Part shown: in pieces, positions 20,544 to 30,814 of the stretch | How positions within the stretch are numbered: the first letter of the stretch is position 1 | Layout of the letters: each line of letters begins with the position of its first letter | Assembly (NCBI GenBank): GCA_030706145.1 | Contig: JAUZPB010000010.1 | Span: 6,538-70,537, forward strand | DNA from: Bacteroidota bacterium | GTDB lineage: Bacteria > Bacteroidota > Ignavibacteria > Ignavibacteriales > SURF-24 | DNA: 64,000 bases | Direction: 5' to 3' | Notes under the pieces: generated by a model | What the model saw: the letters and a program-made list of their open reading frames with translations, nothing else | Told to the model about the DNA's origin: nothing | Databases searched by the model: none | Program-made: the position numbers and the translations under genes

Positions 20544-21359
20544 ATGATTATTTCAATAATTACTCCTACATACAATTCCGAAAGAACCATAGCCACTAAT
20601 GTGGAATCAGTTTTATTGCAAAAATTTACAGATTTTGAGCATATAATAATTGATAACAAAAGTACAGATAAAACTCTTAGCATCATTGAAGCACTCTATA
20701 GGAAAGCAGAAAAGACAAACAATCTGCGAATTATTTCAGAGCCAGATAAAGGAATTTCAGATGCATTTAATAAGGGAATTAGAAATGCCCATGGAGAAAT
20801 AATAGGCATTCTAAACAGTGATGACTATTACTATGACGAGAGTGTCTTAAAGAGGACTTTGGAAGCCTTTTCAGATAGAGCAATTATTTTTACTCACGGA
20901 GATATGTTCTTTGAAGATCCCCTATACGGATCAAATATTAGAAGGCCCCTACTTTGCCCTGCTCATATTGCAATGCCTTTTAACCATCCTACTATGTTTT
21001 TCAGGCGTGAGGTATATGAAAATTATGGACTATTTGATTTAAGCTTCAAATATGCAATGGACTATGAGCTCATCTGCCGTCTTGAAAAAGAAGTGCCGGA
21101 TTTCATGAAAAAAGGTGCCTACCTGAGGGGAAAGCCCCTTGTTTATGTAAAGAGTGGCGGAGCATCATGGGAACATGAAGAGAAAGCAATTAAGGAAATT
21201 AAGCCCGCGCTGGTAAAGAATGGCCTTTGGACATTTGAAGCAAAAAAGGCCTACTGTTTTAGAAGGTCTCGTAATATAATAAAAAAGTACATTGAGGCCT
21301 TAGGACTGAAAGTTTTGATACAATATTGGAGAAACTGGAAGTGGGGAAATTCCAAATAG
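20544..21359 (+). CDS. GT2 glycosyltransferase (WcaE-like)
   Basis: ISIITPTYN, SEPDKGISDAFNKG, LNSDD, HPTMF, AMDYE. Confidence 0.92.
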   Translation: MIISIITPTYNSERTIATNVESVLLQKFTDFEHIIIDNKSTDKTLSIIEALYRKAEKTNNLRIISEPDKGISDAFNKGIRNAHGEIIGILNSDDYYYDESVLKRTLEAFSDRAIIFTHGDMFFEDPLYGSNIRRPLLCPAHIAMPFNHPTMFFRREVYENYGLFDLSFKYAMDYELICRLEKEVPDFMKKGAYLRGKPLVYVKSGGASWEHEEKAIKEIKPALVKNGLWTFEAKKAYCFRRSRNIIKKYIEALGLKVLIQYWRNWKWGNSK

Positions 21360-21577
21360 AGAAGAGTTACCTTTCTGCGTAAATGATCCCTGGCCTGCAT
21401 CAATTGTATAATTACTTCGTTTTCGAACAAATTTTTCTTTATTTTTGACAGTTAAATAATTTAATTCAGTTGCTTTAGACAAATTAGATTAAAATGTAAG
21501 TGAATATAAATTTTCAGGAAAGCTCACTAAATAATATAAAGTGGACTGAAACTATAAAGAAAGAAAAATAGAGAAAA

Positions 21578-22939
21578 TTGACATTACAGAGCTTAAACAT
21601 TAGAAATATTTTATCAGATACTTCCAGATCCGGTAAGGCAAAAAAGAACATAATTATTCTTTTTGTACTGCATAGTTTTACTCTTCTTTTTTCAATGCTG
21701 CAGGTACCACTTTCCTTAAGATGTCTTAATTCGGTTGAGTATGGAACATGGTTAACTGTAAGTTCAATTACGACCTGGTTTGTCTCGCTAGATTTTGGGC
21801 TTGGTAATGGGCTTAGGAATAAATTGTCAGAAGCATTTGCATTAAATGACAGGAAGCTAGCCCGTATATATATAAGTTCAACATATTTCTTAATAACACT
21901 AATTGTGGCGGTTTGCTATGCTGTCTTTGTAATAATTAACAATTGGTTAAACTGGATAAAGATCTTAAACGTTCCTGAAAGCCTGGCTCCTCAGATAAAT
22001 CCTCTTGTATTTTTTGTATTTACATTCTTTTTTGCCCAGTTTATATTAAAACTGATTATTTATGTTGTTCTGGCTGATCAGAAACCTGCAATAAATGGGT
22101 TCTTTAGTTTTTTAGTCAATCTGTTGACTGTAATAGTTCTTTTTATACTTTCAAAGAGCAATAAAGCATCTCTCCTGAAGGTTGGCATATTTTCAAGCTC
22201 AATTCCAATGCTGGTTTTCTTTATTGCAAGCATTATTCTATTTTTATTTTATTATAAAGATCTTGCTCCCACACTTAAGTTAGTAAAGCTAGGTTATGCA
22301 AAAAATCTAGTTCAGCTTGGAATAAAGTTTTTTATAATACAAATATCCTCACTAATTGTATTTACAACAGATAACATAATAATTACGCAGATCTTTACTC
22401 CGGGAGAAGTAACAGTATACAACGTAGCTTACAAATACTTTAATATCATACCCTTGGTATTTGGAGTAATTTTAACGCCATTTTGGTCAGCCTACACGGA
22501 AGCATATGCAAAAAAAGACTACCAGTGGATAAGAATGTCGACTCAGAAATTATTGAAGATTTGGATTATATTTGTTCTAGTAATTCTAGTTATGCTGGGA
22601 ATTTCCCGAGAATTCTATGGAATATGGACAGAATCCAGAATTAAAGTGCCATTTATTCTATCGGCATTTATGGGTTTATATGCCATAATACAAATGTGGA
22701 ATAACATATTCACCTACTTTATAAATGGTGTAGGAAAAATCAAATTACAACTTTATTTGAGCAGTATTGCGGGAATCCTGAATATCCCACTTTCGATAAT
22801 GCTTGCAAAGACTCTTAATTGGGGTGTAACTGGTGTAATAATGGCCACATCTGTATGTATGCTGTTCGGAACTTTCCTGATACCGATTCAGTATTATAAA
22901 ATCTTAAATCAGAAAGATGAAGGTATTTGGGGGCAGTGA
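21578..22939 (+). CDS. Wzx-type oligosaccharide flippase
   Basis: About 12 TM helices, EYGTW, DFGLGNGLRN; inside a glycan cluster. Confidence 0.85.
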   Translation: MTLQSLNIRNILSDTSRSGKAKKNIIILFVLHSFTLLFSMLQVPLSLRCLNSVEYGTWLTVSSITTWFVSLDFGLGNGLRNKLSEAFALNDRKLARIYISSTYFLITLIVAVCYAVFVIINNWLNWIKILNVPESLAPQINPLVFFVFTFFFAQFILKLIIYVVLADQKPAINGFFSFLVNLLTVIVLFILSKSNKASLLKVGIFSSSIPMLVFFIASIILFLFYYKDLAPTLKLVKLGYAKNLVQLGIKFFIIQISSLIVFTTDNIIITQIFTPGEVTVYNVAYKYFNIIPLVFGVILTPFWSAYTEAYAKKDYQWIRMSTQKLLKIWIIFVLVILVMLGISREFYGIWTESRIKVPFILSAFMGLYAIIQMWNNIFTYFINGVGKIKLQLYLSSIAGILNIPLSIMLAKTLNWGVTGVIMATSVCMLFGTFLIPIQYYKILNQKDEGIWGQ

Positions 22940-23010
22940 CTTCTATAGATAAATAACATATTTTGCAATACCCAATAATACATTTTACAATCAAACTTAA
23001 AAAATAACAC

Positions 23011-23709
23011 ATGAAAGAAATATTCGATAATTATCTTGAAAATGCTTTTGGTCAAAGAGAACAGGCAAAATTCAAGTTTATCCAATTTGAACAAAACTAT
23101 AAAAAGTATTTCCCTGTAAACAGAGAAGCAAAAGTATTGGATATTGGTATTGGGCGAGGTGAAATGCTTGAATCTGTAAAAAGGTGGGGCTACAGGAATT
23201 ACTTAGGAGTAGATATATCTCCTAGTATAATCAACTTTTGTAAATCCCTTGGCTATAATTGTGAGCTAGTTGAAGATACGACAAAATGGCTTTTGATTCA
23301 TCAAAACAGCTTTGAAGCTATAACACTTTTAGATGTACTAGAACACATACCCAAAAATAGTACAGTTGAATTCCTAAATGCACTTTATGGAGCTTTAACT
23401 CCAGGTGGAACATTAATTATTCAGACTCCAAATCTTCAATGCCCTGACGGACTTCTGCACCGCTATAATGACTTTACGCATGAATTTGGCTATACAGAAC
23501 ACAGCCTTCAACAAGTTCTTTTAACAGCAGGGTTTAAAGACATAAAATTCGCAGGATTTGAAGAATATATACTAGACAATTACAAGAAATATATTGGAAA
23601 GCTTTTAAGGAGTATTTACTGGAAGTATGTTAGCTTTACTAGAAAAATCACTAATAATTTGACTCCTGAGATCCTTAATCCAGTTTTTTACGCTGTCGTC
23701 AGAAAATAA
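23011..23709 (+). CDS. Class I SAM-dependent methyltransferase
   Basis: VLDIGIGRG, GVDIS, DVLEH, LTPGG, DFTH. Confidence 0.9.
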   Translation: MKEIFDNYLENAFGQREQAKFKFIQFEQNYKKYFPVNREAKVLDIGIGRGEMLESVKRWGYRNYLGVDISPSIINFCKSLGYNCELVEDTTKWLLIHQNSFEAITLLDVLEHIPKNSTVEFLNALYGALTPGGTLIIQTPNLQCPDGLLHRYNDFTHEFGYTEHSLQQVLLTAGFKDIKFAGFEEYILDNYKKYIGKLLRSIYWKYVSFTRKITNNLTPEILNPVFYAVVRK

Positions 23710-23756
23710 TTAATAAACTAATATTTAGACTGCAAAATTTTACTAAGCTCCTGATA

Positions 23757-24935
23757 ATGAACTTACTTTTAAAAAAGTTAAATAACCTGATAAACTATAT
23801 TGAAACATATATAATCGAAAAGATTATAAAATGTCAGAAAAGTGAAACAGTTCCAAATACGCTTTTAATGATAAAGGTCGATGCAATTGGAGACTATGTA
23901 TTATTCAGGAATTTTTTGCAAGCAGTCAAAGAAAGCAAAATATTTTCAAATTACAAAATTACACTATGCGGCAACATAGCCTGGAAAGAACTAGCTGAGT
24001 CTCTTGACAGCAAATTTGTTAATAAGTTTGTTTGGTTAGACAGAGGGCATTTTTATAATAGTTTTACATACAGGTATAGATTTCTTAAGGGTATTTACCA
24101 GACTGGATATGAAACAGCAATTTATCCAACCTATTCCAGAGAGATCCTTTATGGAGATACCATTATAAAAGCCTCACAAAGCAAGAAAAGAATTGGAAGT
24201 GCAGGTTCTATGGAAAGGCATGCAAAATGGAAGAGATCCCTTTTTACAGACAGCGTTTATACGAAAAGAATTAAGACAAGCAGAGATAACATTTTTGAGT
24301 TCTATAGAAACAAAGAATTTTTCGAAGAACTCTTAGGGGAAAAAGTTAGAGTAAGCAGACCTTTTATAGATACCACCGGTATACTTCTTCCTGAGGAAAT
24401 AAGAGAAAAACTAGATAAAGGCAGATTTATAGTTCTTGTTCCCGGAGCTGGTATATCATATAGGAGATGGAGCATAGATAATTTTGTCAAAACAGCAAAC
24501 TTCATTCTAGATAATTATGAATACGATATTGTCATTTCTGGTTCAAAAGAAGAAGGGGCAATAGCAAATGAAATCATGAACAAACTTAATAGCAGCAGAG
24601 TCTTTAACCTAGCTGGGCATCTTAAACTTTCTCAGCTTGCAAGACTGTTAAGTGAGGCAGCACTACTTATCTCAAATGAGACAAGCACTGTACACTTTGC
24701 TGCAGCAGTAAATACTCCTGTAATATGTATTTCAAATGGAAGCTTCAAAGGCAGATTTCATCCTTATCCGGATGAAGTTTTTTTAGAGGCTTACTATATT
24801 TACCCTCCCGAGATAGAAAATGCTCTTAGGTTAAAAGATACAGAAGAGAAATACCGCTATATTTCTGATATAGATGTTAATTCAATAAAGCCAGCAAGAG
24901 TAATAGAAAAAATAAGAGAAATTTTGAAGAAATAA
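23757..24935 (+). CDS. GT9 heptosyltransferase-family protein
   Basis: DAIGDYVLF, VPGAG...RRWS, SNETSTVHFAAA. Confidence 0.85.
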   Translation: MNLLLKKLNNLINYIETYIIEKIIKCQKSETVPNTLLMIKVDAIGDYVLFRNFLQAVKESKIFSNYKITLCGNIAWKELAESLDSKFVNKFVWLDRGHFYNSFTYRYRFLKGIYQTGYETAIYPTYSREILYGDTIIKASQSKKRIGSAGSMERHAKWKRSLFTDSVYTKRIKTSRDNIFEFYRNKEFFEELLGEKVRVSRPFIDTTGILLPEEIREKLDKGRFIVLVPGAGISYRRWSIDNFVKTANFILDNYEYDIVISGSKEEGAIANEIMNKLNSSRVFNLAGHLKLSQLARLLSEAALLISNETSTVHFAAAVNTPVICISNGSFKGRFHPYPDEVFLEAYYIYPPEIENALRLKDTEEKYRYISDIDVNSIKPARVIEKIREILKK

Positions 24936-24960
24936 CAAAGGGTACCCGGAAAAGAAATAA

Positions 24961-25734
24961 ATGAAAGGTAACATAAAAATATCGTCCATAATAATTGCAA
25001 AAGACGAAGAAAAAAATATTGGAAGGTGCATTGACAGCTTAAAAGAATGCATAGATGAAATAATTGTAATAATTGACGACAGGACATCAGATAATACAGT
25101 AGAGATTGTAAGATCCAAAGGAGTAGTCTTCGAAGTTTCTCCATGGAAGGGATATGCAAAGACAAAGCAGTACGCTATAGAAAAGGCAAGCAACAATTGG
25201 ATTTTATGGATTGATGCCGATGAGGCTCTTACAAACGAGCTACAGGATGAGTTATTAGAATTCAAGAAAACAGAACCTGAGCTTTCAGCCTATTCAATTC
25301 CCAGAAAAGCTAATTTTCTTGGACGCTGGATAATGCATAGCGGATGGTATCCAGGAAGAGTAACAAGACTTTTTGACAAAACAAAAGTCTTTTTCAGTAC
25401 AGATAAAGAAGTGCATGAGCATCTGATAACAGAAGGCAGAACTGGAGAGCTAAAGTGCGACCTTGAACATTATACAGATCCATCGATAAGACACTATTAT
25501 GATAAGTTCAATATTTATACTTCACTTGCTGCCGATGAGTTATTAAAGAAGAATAAAACCGTATCAGTCAGCGATATACTAATACGGCCAACATTTGCCT
25601 TTTTCAAGATGTATTTTATGAAGCTAGGTTTTCTTGATGGTATACATGGATTCATTCTTGCTATTTTTTCAGCAAACTATGTCTTTACAAAATATTGCAA
25701 ACTCCTCGAATTAAGAAAGTTTAAGAAGGATTAA
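24961..25734 (+). CDS. GT2 glycosyltransferase (WaaE/KdtX-like)
   Basis: IIAKDEE, WILWIDADE, VHE, LEHYT, GFLDG. Confidence 0.9.
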   Translation: MKGNIKISSIIIAKDEEKNIGRCIDSLKECIDEIIVIIDDRTSDNTVEIVRSKGVVFEVSPWKGYAKTKQYAIEKASNNWILWIDADEALTNELQDELLEFKKTEPELSAYSIPRKANFLGRWIMHSGWYPGRVTRLFDKTKVFFSTDKEVHEHLITEGRTGELKCDLEHYTDPSIRHYYDKFNIYTSLAADELLKKNKTVSVSDILIRPTFAFFKMYFMKLGFLDGIHGFILAIFSANYVFTKYCKLLELRKFKKD

Positions 25735-26924
25735 GCAGTCTGCTCTTCTAAAGTTTTTTTTGCAAGATCAGCCTTAAAGACATATGCTGAAAGTCCTGAA
25801 AGGACGAATGAAAGCACTATTGAATTTATTGGATCGGCAATGACTCCTGATAAAAAAGAAGATAAAAACATTCCAGAGACAGCAAGCAAAAATACAAAGA
25901 TAGTATTTTTATCAGAGCAATTACTTTCCTTGCCAAGTAACTTTTTTGCACTCATAAAATAAATAATTGCAATTAAAGAGAGATAGGATAGTAAAGCAAA
26001 GACTCCGCTTTCAATATAAATTACCAAATAATCGTTATGCCAGCCACCTACTTCCTTATCTCCTAGCTGATCTGTATGGTTAAAAACGCCCTTAAAAGTT
26101 CTTGGTCCAAAACCAAAGAATGGGTGCTCATGAGCACGTTCAAATACTGTACCCCATAGGACATCCCTATCAGACATTGTAGCAGGTTTTTCAATTCTAT
26201 GGGCAAGTTGACTTGAATTATTTTTAAATGAAATAAAAGACAAGCTAAAGACAATTGCCAATGCAATTACAATTTGGACAATAGATGGTCTAAAGAATAT
26301 TGAACCTGCAATAAAAACCAGTACTGCTATTCCCAGATCAGCCCGCCCTAATGCAACTACTATGGCTGTCAATATTAAACCAACTCTTACTGCCCAGAAA
26401 TACTTATTTTTTTCTAGAGAATCCTTGTCGTATGAAAAAAAGCTAATTGCAACTGAGGTAAGTAAGAAAGTAGAGAAAGTTGCATAACCTGAGACAATTG
26501 AAGTAGCACGATCCTTAATACCTAGGTTAAAAATTACAATACCAATTAAAGCAACAATAACTGAAGCATTAAAAAAAGTCGAAAGAATTTTCTTCAGGTT
26601 TTCTATACTTAAGACCTTTATATAAAAAGAGAAAGCATATAGACTTAAGTAAAACAGAGCATCTTTGTACAATGAGTGTATACTAAGTTCCGGGAAGGAA
26701 GAAATGGCAACAGAAAAGAGCCTAAAGAAAGCAAATATGGTAAAAGCAATTTCAATTTTACCAAAGGCCTTTTTTTTACTTTCAAAGCTTTCACTAAGCC
26801 AAAGGAAGAATAATATTGCAGTTAAAACCTGCAGAACTACAAGTGATAGTAGAAACGAAGCAGCAATAAGAGCAATAATCCAGGTAATTATTTTGTTATT
26901 ATACTTTGATGTAACTATATTCAT
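25731..26924 (-). CDS. O-antigen ligase (WaaL/Wzy_C family)
   Basis: Multi-TM; R..LW, HPFFGFG, HNDYL...ESG. Confidence 0.85.
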   Translation of the reverse strand: MNIVTSKYNNKIITWIIALIAASFLLSLVVLQVLTAILFFLWLSESFESKKKAFGKIEIAFTIFAFFRLFSVAISSFPELSIHSLYKDALFYLSLYAFSFYIKVLSIENLKKILSTFFNASVIVALIGIVIFNLGIKDRATSIVSGYATFSTFLLTSVAISFFSYDKDSLEKNKYFWAVRVGLILTAIVVALGRADLGIAVLVFIAGSIFFRPSIVQIVIALAIVFSLSFISFKNNSSQLAHRIEKPATMSDRDVLWGTVFERAHEHPFFGFGPRTFKGVFNHTDQLGDKEVGGWHNDYLVIYIESGVFALLSYLSLIAIIYFMSAKKLLGKESNCSDKNTIFVFLLAVSGMFLSSFLSGVIADPINSIVLSFVLSGLSAYVFKADLAKKTLEEQTA

Positions 26925-26994
26925 GAAACTTTATCGTCAATTTTTTTCAATTTCAAAGATCCTAATTAGCTTTAAGAGGCAGAGACAAAATCAC

Positions 26995-28872
26995 TTAATC
27001 TCTGAACTGCAATTCGTAGAGTTTCCTATAGATTCCTTTTTGCTCTTCCATTAGTTCTTCATGTTTTCCGCACTGAACTATCTTTCCTTTATCAAGTACC
27101 AGAATCTTATTTGAATTTCTTATGGTACTCAACCTGTGAGCAATCACAAAAGTTGTTCTGTCATTCATAAGGCGTTCAATTGCTTCCTGAACAAGCACTT
27201 CTGATTCGTTATCTAAAGCAGAAGTAGCTTCATCGAAGATCATAATGGGAGGGTTAACCAAAAGTGCACGGGCTATTGAAAGTCTCTGCCTTTGGCCTCC
27301 GGAGATCTTAGCACCTCTTTCACCTACAATTGTATCATAGCCGTGTGGGAAATCCATAATAAAATCGTGTGCGTTTGCAGCCTTTGCTGCCTGAATAATC
27401 ATATCCTCAGAATAATTCTCAAGGCCATAGGCAATATTATTCTTAATAGTATCATTAAACAATACAGTTTCCTGTGTAACTATACCCATCAGTTTTCTTA
27501 AGTTTTCAATTCTTATTTCCTTAATGTTAGTGTTATCAAGGAAAATTCCGCCCGAGGTTGGATCATAGAAACGAGGAATAAGGTCTACCATAGTTGTCTT
27601 ACCAGAGCCGCTGCTTCCAACAAGTGCGATGCTCTCACCTTTATTTACGGTAAAGTTAACATTATTGAGAACAAGTTCATCTGAATCATCATAATGAAAA
27701 GAGACATCCTTAAAGATGATCTGTCCAGAAAATCCATTTTTAGCAATTGCAGTTTCAGAGTTCTTAATTGTAGGAGGTGTGTCAATTATTTCAAAAACCC
27801 TATCGGCAGCTGCGTTGGATTCCTGGATGCGGTTATTTACACCGCTTAGCTCTTTAACTGGGGTCATAAGCTGGAAGATTGCGAACAAGAATGTAACGAA
27901 TTCGGCTCCTTTTAACGACCCTTCAACAAGAACCAACCTTCCACCATATCCAATCAGAAACACACCTATAAGGACGCTTAAAAATTCTGTTATTGGACTA
28001 GCAGCATTTCTTATGCGCACGATCTTTAGGAATAACTTAAAGAAAGCATGTGTTTCCTTTGTAAACTTTTTATTCTCATATTCCTCCATAGAAAAAGCCT
28101 TTACAATCTTTACTCCAGAAATAGTCTCATGAAGGACAGTTGTAATATCGGACATTTTAGCCTGCAGTAAATAGCTGTGTTTACGAAGTCTTAAGCCTAT
28201 CCAGGATATGATCAGCAATGAAATTGGAAGGACACCAAAGGAAAACAGAGTCAGTTTCCAGCTAATTGAAACTGCAATACCAAGAAATACAATAATGTTC
28301 AACGGTTCGCGTATCATATTAAGAAATACAGCAGAAACACTTGCTTGAACAACGTTAACATCATTAGAGATACGCGAGATAAGGTTACCCGTCTTTTCAT
28401 TTTTAAAGTAACTCATAGGTAGTTTATGCAGATGCTTATATGCTGCATTTCTGATATCACGTACTATTCCCTGCTCAACAAAAGCCAGATAATAAGCCTG
28501 TAAATAACCAAAGAGGTTCTTTGCAAAAAAAGCAATTAATATAAGAAAGCATATCTTTGTAAGGGCATCCAGTTTTGAGCCATGAAGCACATAATTGTTA
28601 AATGAGTGGGAAACTGAATCCTTTATATGCATAATCCAATCTGGCAGTATACTTGAATTGCCAGAAGAAATATCTGTCGATTGCTGAGTGGTATCACTTG
28701 CAGCAACTATCTGAGTTGAATTTCCCTGCTGAAAGAGGGTATTCAAAAGTGGCATTGTCAGGTAAATTGATAAGCCATTTAGAAGAGAAAATAAAATTGT
28801 ACAAACTATTGAAGCAGTCAAATGCTTCCAATAAGGTTTAATATATGCTAAAACTCTAAGAAAAGTCTTCAC
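26995..28872 (-). CDS. msbA: Lipid A-core ABC flippase, MsbA-like
   Basis: TMD plus NBD (GSSGSGKTT, ISGGQRQR, DEATSALD); GAGG ribosome site before GTG 28872; LPS context. Confidence 0.82.
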   Translation of the reverse strand: MKTFLRVLAYIKPYWKHLTASIVCTILFSLLNGLSIYLTMPLLNTLFQQGNSTQIVAASDTTQQSTDISSGNSSILPDWIMHIKDSVSHSFNNYVLHGSKLDALTKICFLILIAFFAKNLFGYLQAYYLAFVEQGIVRDIRNAAYKHLHKLPMSYFKNEKTGNLISRISNDVNVVQASVSAVFLNMIREPLNIIVFLGIAVSISWKLTLFSFGVLPISLLIISWIGLRLRKHSYLLQAKMSDITTVLHETISGVKIVKAFSMEEYENKKFTKETHAFFKLFLKIVRIRNAASPITEFLSVLIGVFLIGYGGRLVLVEGSLKGAEFVTFLFAIFQLMTPVKELSGVNNRIQESNAAADRVFEIIDTPPTIKNSETAIAKNGFSGQIIFKDVSFHYDDSDELVLNNVNFTVNKGESIALVGSSGSGKTTMVDLIPRFYDPTSGGIFLDNTNIKEIRIENLRKLMGIVTQETVLFNDTIKNNIAYGLENYSEDMIIQAAKAANAHDFIMDFPHGYDTIVGERGAKISGGQRQRLSIARALLVNPPIMIFDEATSALDNESEVLVQEAIERLMNDRTTFVIAHRLSTIRNSNKILVLDKGKIVQCGKHEELMEEQKGIYRKLYELQFRD

Positions 28873-28879
28873 GATCCTC

Positions 28880-30142
28880 TCAATATAAAAAAGTTGAAAT
28901 ATTCCTAATACCACACCCGCCCTGCATGGCTATAGTATCGATCATTTTATTATCTTTTAAGTTAAAAATCATTATCTTTGAATTACTATCAAATCCATCA
29001 TCGAATATTAACAAATCGCCTCTTAAAATAAAGTTCTTATATCCTTCACCCTGCCATTGGTAGATAAGCTTCTTATCCTCTATAGAATAAATGAATAGCT
29101 TTGAAGTTTCCGGATTATGTCTTTTTTGTATGTTTGTCCTTGAAAAATCATAAGTAGAAAAAATGAAGTATTTCCCTTTTCCCCACCATTCTGCAGTATT
29201 CAGATTTTGATGAGTCGAATATATAACTTTTTTATTTCTTAAGCTATCTATTAAAGATAGGACATTATGGTCATCAGCAGTAGAAAAAGTAATATTCAGC
29301 TTATTATTATCAGAAGGATACTCAGTATTAAGTAGAGAAGGGACAGGATACTTTTCCTTTTCTATATCATAAACGACTTTTTCATTGCTGAGCAATTTTC
29401 CATTGGAATTATAACTAAGCTTACTCTGCACAACAAAAGTGTTTTTCCTTTTATCAAATGCATTAAAGATAACTCTGAACAGGTCTGGAGAAATCCAGTT
29501 TGAATAAAGCTGTAAGCCATTACCAAGGTCGCACAGTTTTTCAACTTTCATTTCAGCCATATTAATTCTATAGAGTTTCAGGTTATTTATGTAAGGGAAA
29601 ATAGTTTCTCTTCCAAATTCTGAGGCTGAAAGAAAGAAGGCAGTTTTACCATCTTTCGAAACGCTTAACTCTACGACCAACTGCTTAGGGTTAGACCAAA
29701 AAAGATGTACACTTGAGGTCTTAAGGTCATAATAAAAAACCGAAGCTTTATTTTTGTAACTACCAACAAAAAAAACGTTTGCAAAATCATCATGAACAGG
29801 TAAGTTGTTATAAACCAGAGAAAAGTTTTTAATAACATTTTTTTTCAACAATTTATAGGCATAACTACCCGCAGAAAATGAAGATGAAAACTCTCCAATT
29901 TCAACAGCATACCTTGCAGATTTTTCTGAAGTATCAGATGGGGTAATATAAATATCACGCTGTAGGGTTTTAGAAAAATCCTCAGCATAGTGCTCAGCAC
30001 TATCTCTCTGCGAAAAAGTTTTTATTCTAATTGAGTAATGAGCTTGACCTTTTCTTGTAAGCTGATGAACTTTTCTATTTTTCTTACCACATCCTTCGAA
30101 AATCAGCAATAAAACAAGCGATAGAGTAACAATCCGGATCAT
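28880..30142 (-). CDS. Lipoprotein with SPOR-like domain and beta-rich (propeller-like) C-terminus
   Basis: Lipobox-like LIFEGC; YSIRIKTFSQRDSAE...YAVEIGEFSS resembles the SPOR pattern. Confidence 0.6.
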   Translation of the reverse strand: MIRIVTLSLVLLLIFEGCGKKNRKVHQLTRKGQAHYSIRIKTFSQRDSAEHYAEDFSKTLQRDIYITPSDTSEKSARYAVEIGEFSSSFSAGSYAYKLLKKNVIKNFSLVYNNLPVHDDFANVFFVGSYKNKASVFYYDLKTSSVHLFWSNPKQLVVELSVSKDGKTAFFLSASEFGRETIFPYINNLKLYRINMAEMKVEKLCDLGNGLQLYSNWISPDLFRVIFNAFDKRKNTFVVQSKLSYNSNGKLLSNEKVVYDIEKEKYPVPSLLNTEYPSDNNKLNITFSTADDHNVLSLIDSLRNKKVIYSTHQNLNTAEWWGKGKYFIFSTYDFSRTNIQKRHNPETSKLFIYSIEDKKLIYQWQGEGYKNFILRGDLLIFDDGFDSNSKIMIFNLKDNKMIDTIAMQGGCGIRNISTFLY

Positions 30143-30151
30143 ATTTTTAGA

Positions 30152-30814
30152 TTATAATTTTCCTGCAGCAAATATAAATAATTCGAATATAAATCTAACG
30201 ATTTTTTCAAAATAACCCCACAGTGGGCTATAAATAAAGAACATTAGTATAAAAAAGCCATACAATCCTGATCCGGCAAGCATAGCAGTAAATCTGTTTG
30301 GAAAGAGATCAAATAAAATGTGAGAGCCATCTAGCGGAGGAATTGGGAGTAGATTGAAGACAAACAAGAAAACATTAAAGTAACTTCCCATAGATAAGGC
30401 TCTGATAAGCATTTGAATTGCAGTAGACTGATCAACAATCAAAGCATTTAGAGCATAAAAAACAATAAAAAGAATAACTGAAAGAAAAAAGTTAGAAAGT
30501 GGTCCGGCAAAAGACACGATAGCATCATCACGGTATGAATTCTTAAAGTTATTTCGATTTATCTGAACTGGTTTTGCCCAGCCAATGATCATAAAGCCAG
30601 AGGAAAATGAAAGCAGTGGCATTAAAATGCTACCAATTAAATCAAGGTGCCTTATGGGGTTAAGGGAAAGTCTTCCCTGATTTTTTGCCGTGTTATCGCC
30701 TAGCTTAAAGGCGCTAAATGCGTGTGAATACTCATGGACTGCCAGTGAAACAAAAAACACGGGCAGAAACATTAAAAATATTAATAATCTTTCATTTATA
30801 GAAATATGGGGCAC
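30152..30814 (-). CDS. Site-2 protease (M50 family)
   Basis: HEYSH, FAGP, NLLPIPPLDG. Confidence 0.94.
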   Translation of the reverse strand: MPHISINERLLIFLMFLPVFFVSLAVHEYSHAFSAFKLGDNTAKNQGRLSLNPIRHLDLIGSILMPLLSFSSGFMIIGWAKPVQINRNNFKNSYRDDAIVSFAGPLSNFFLSVILFIVFYALNALIVDQSTAIQMLIRALSMGSYFNVFLFVFNLLPIPPLDGSHILFDLFPNRFTAMLAGSGLYGFFILMFFIYSPLWGYFEKIVRFIFELFIFAAGKL

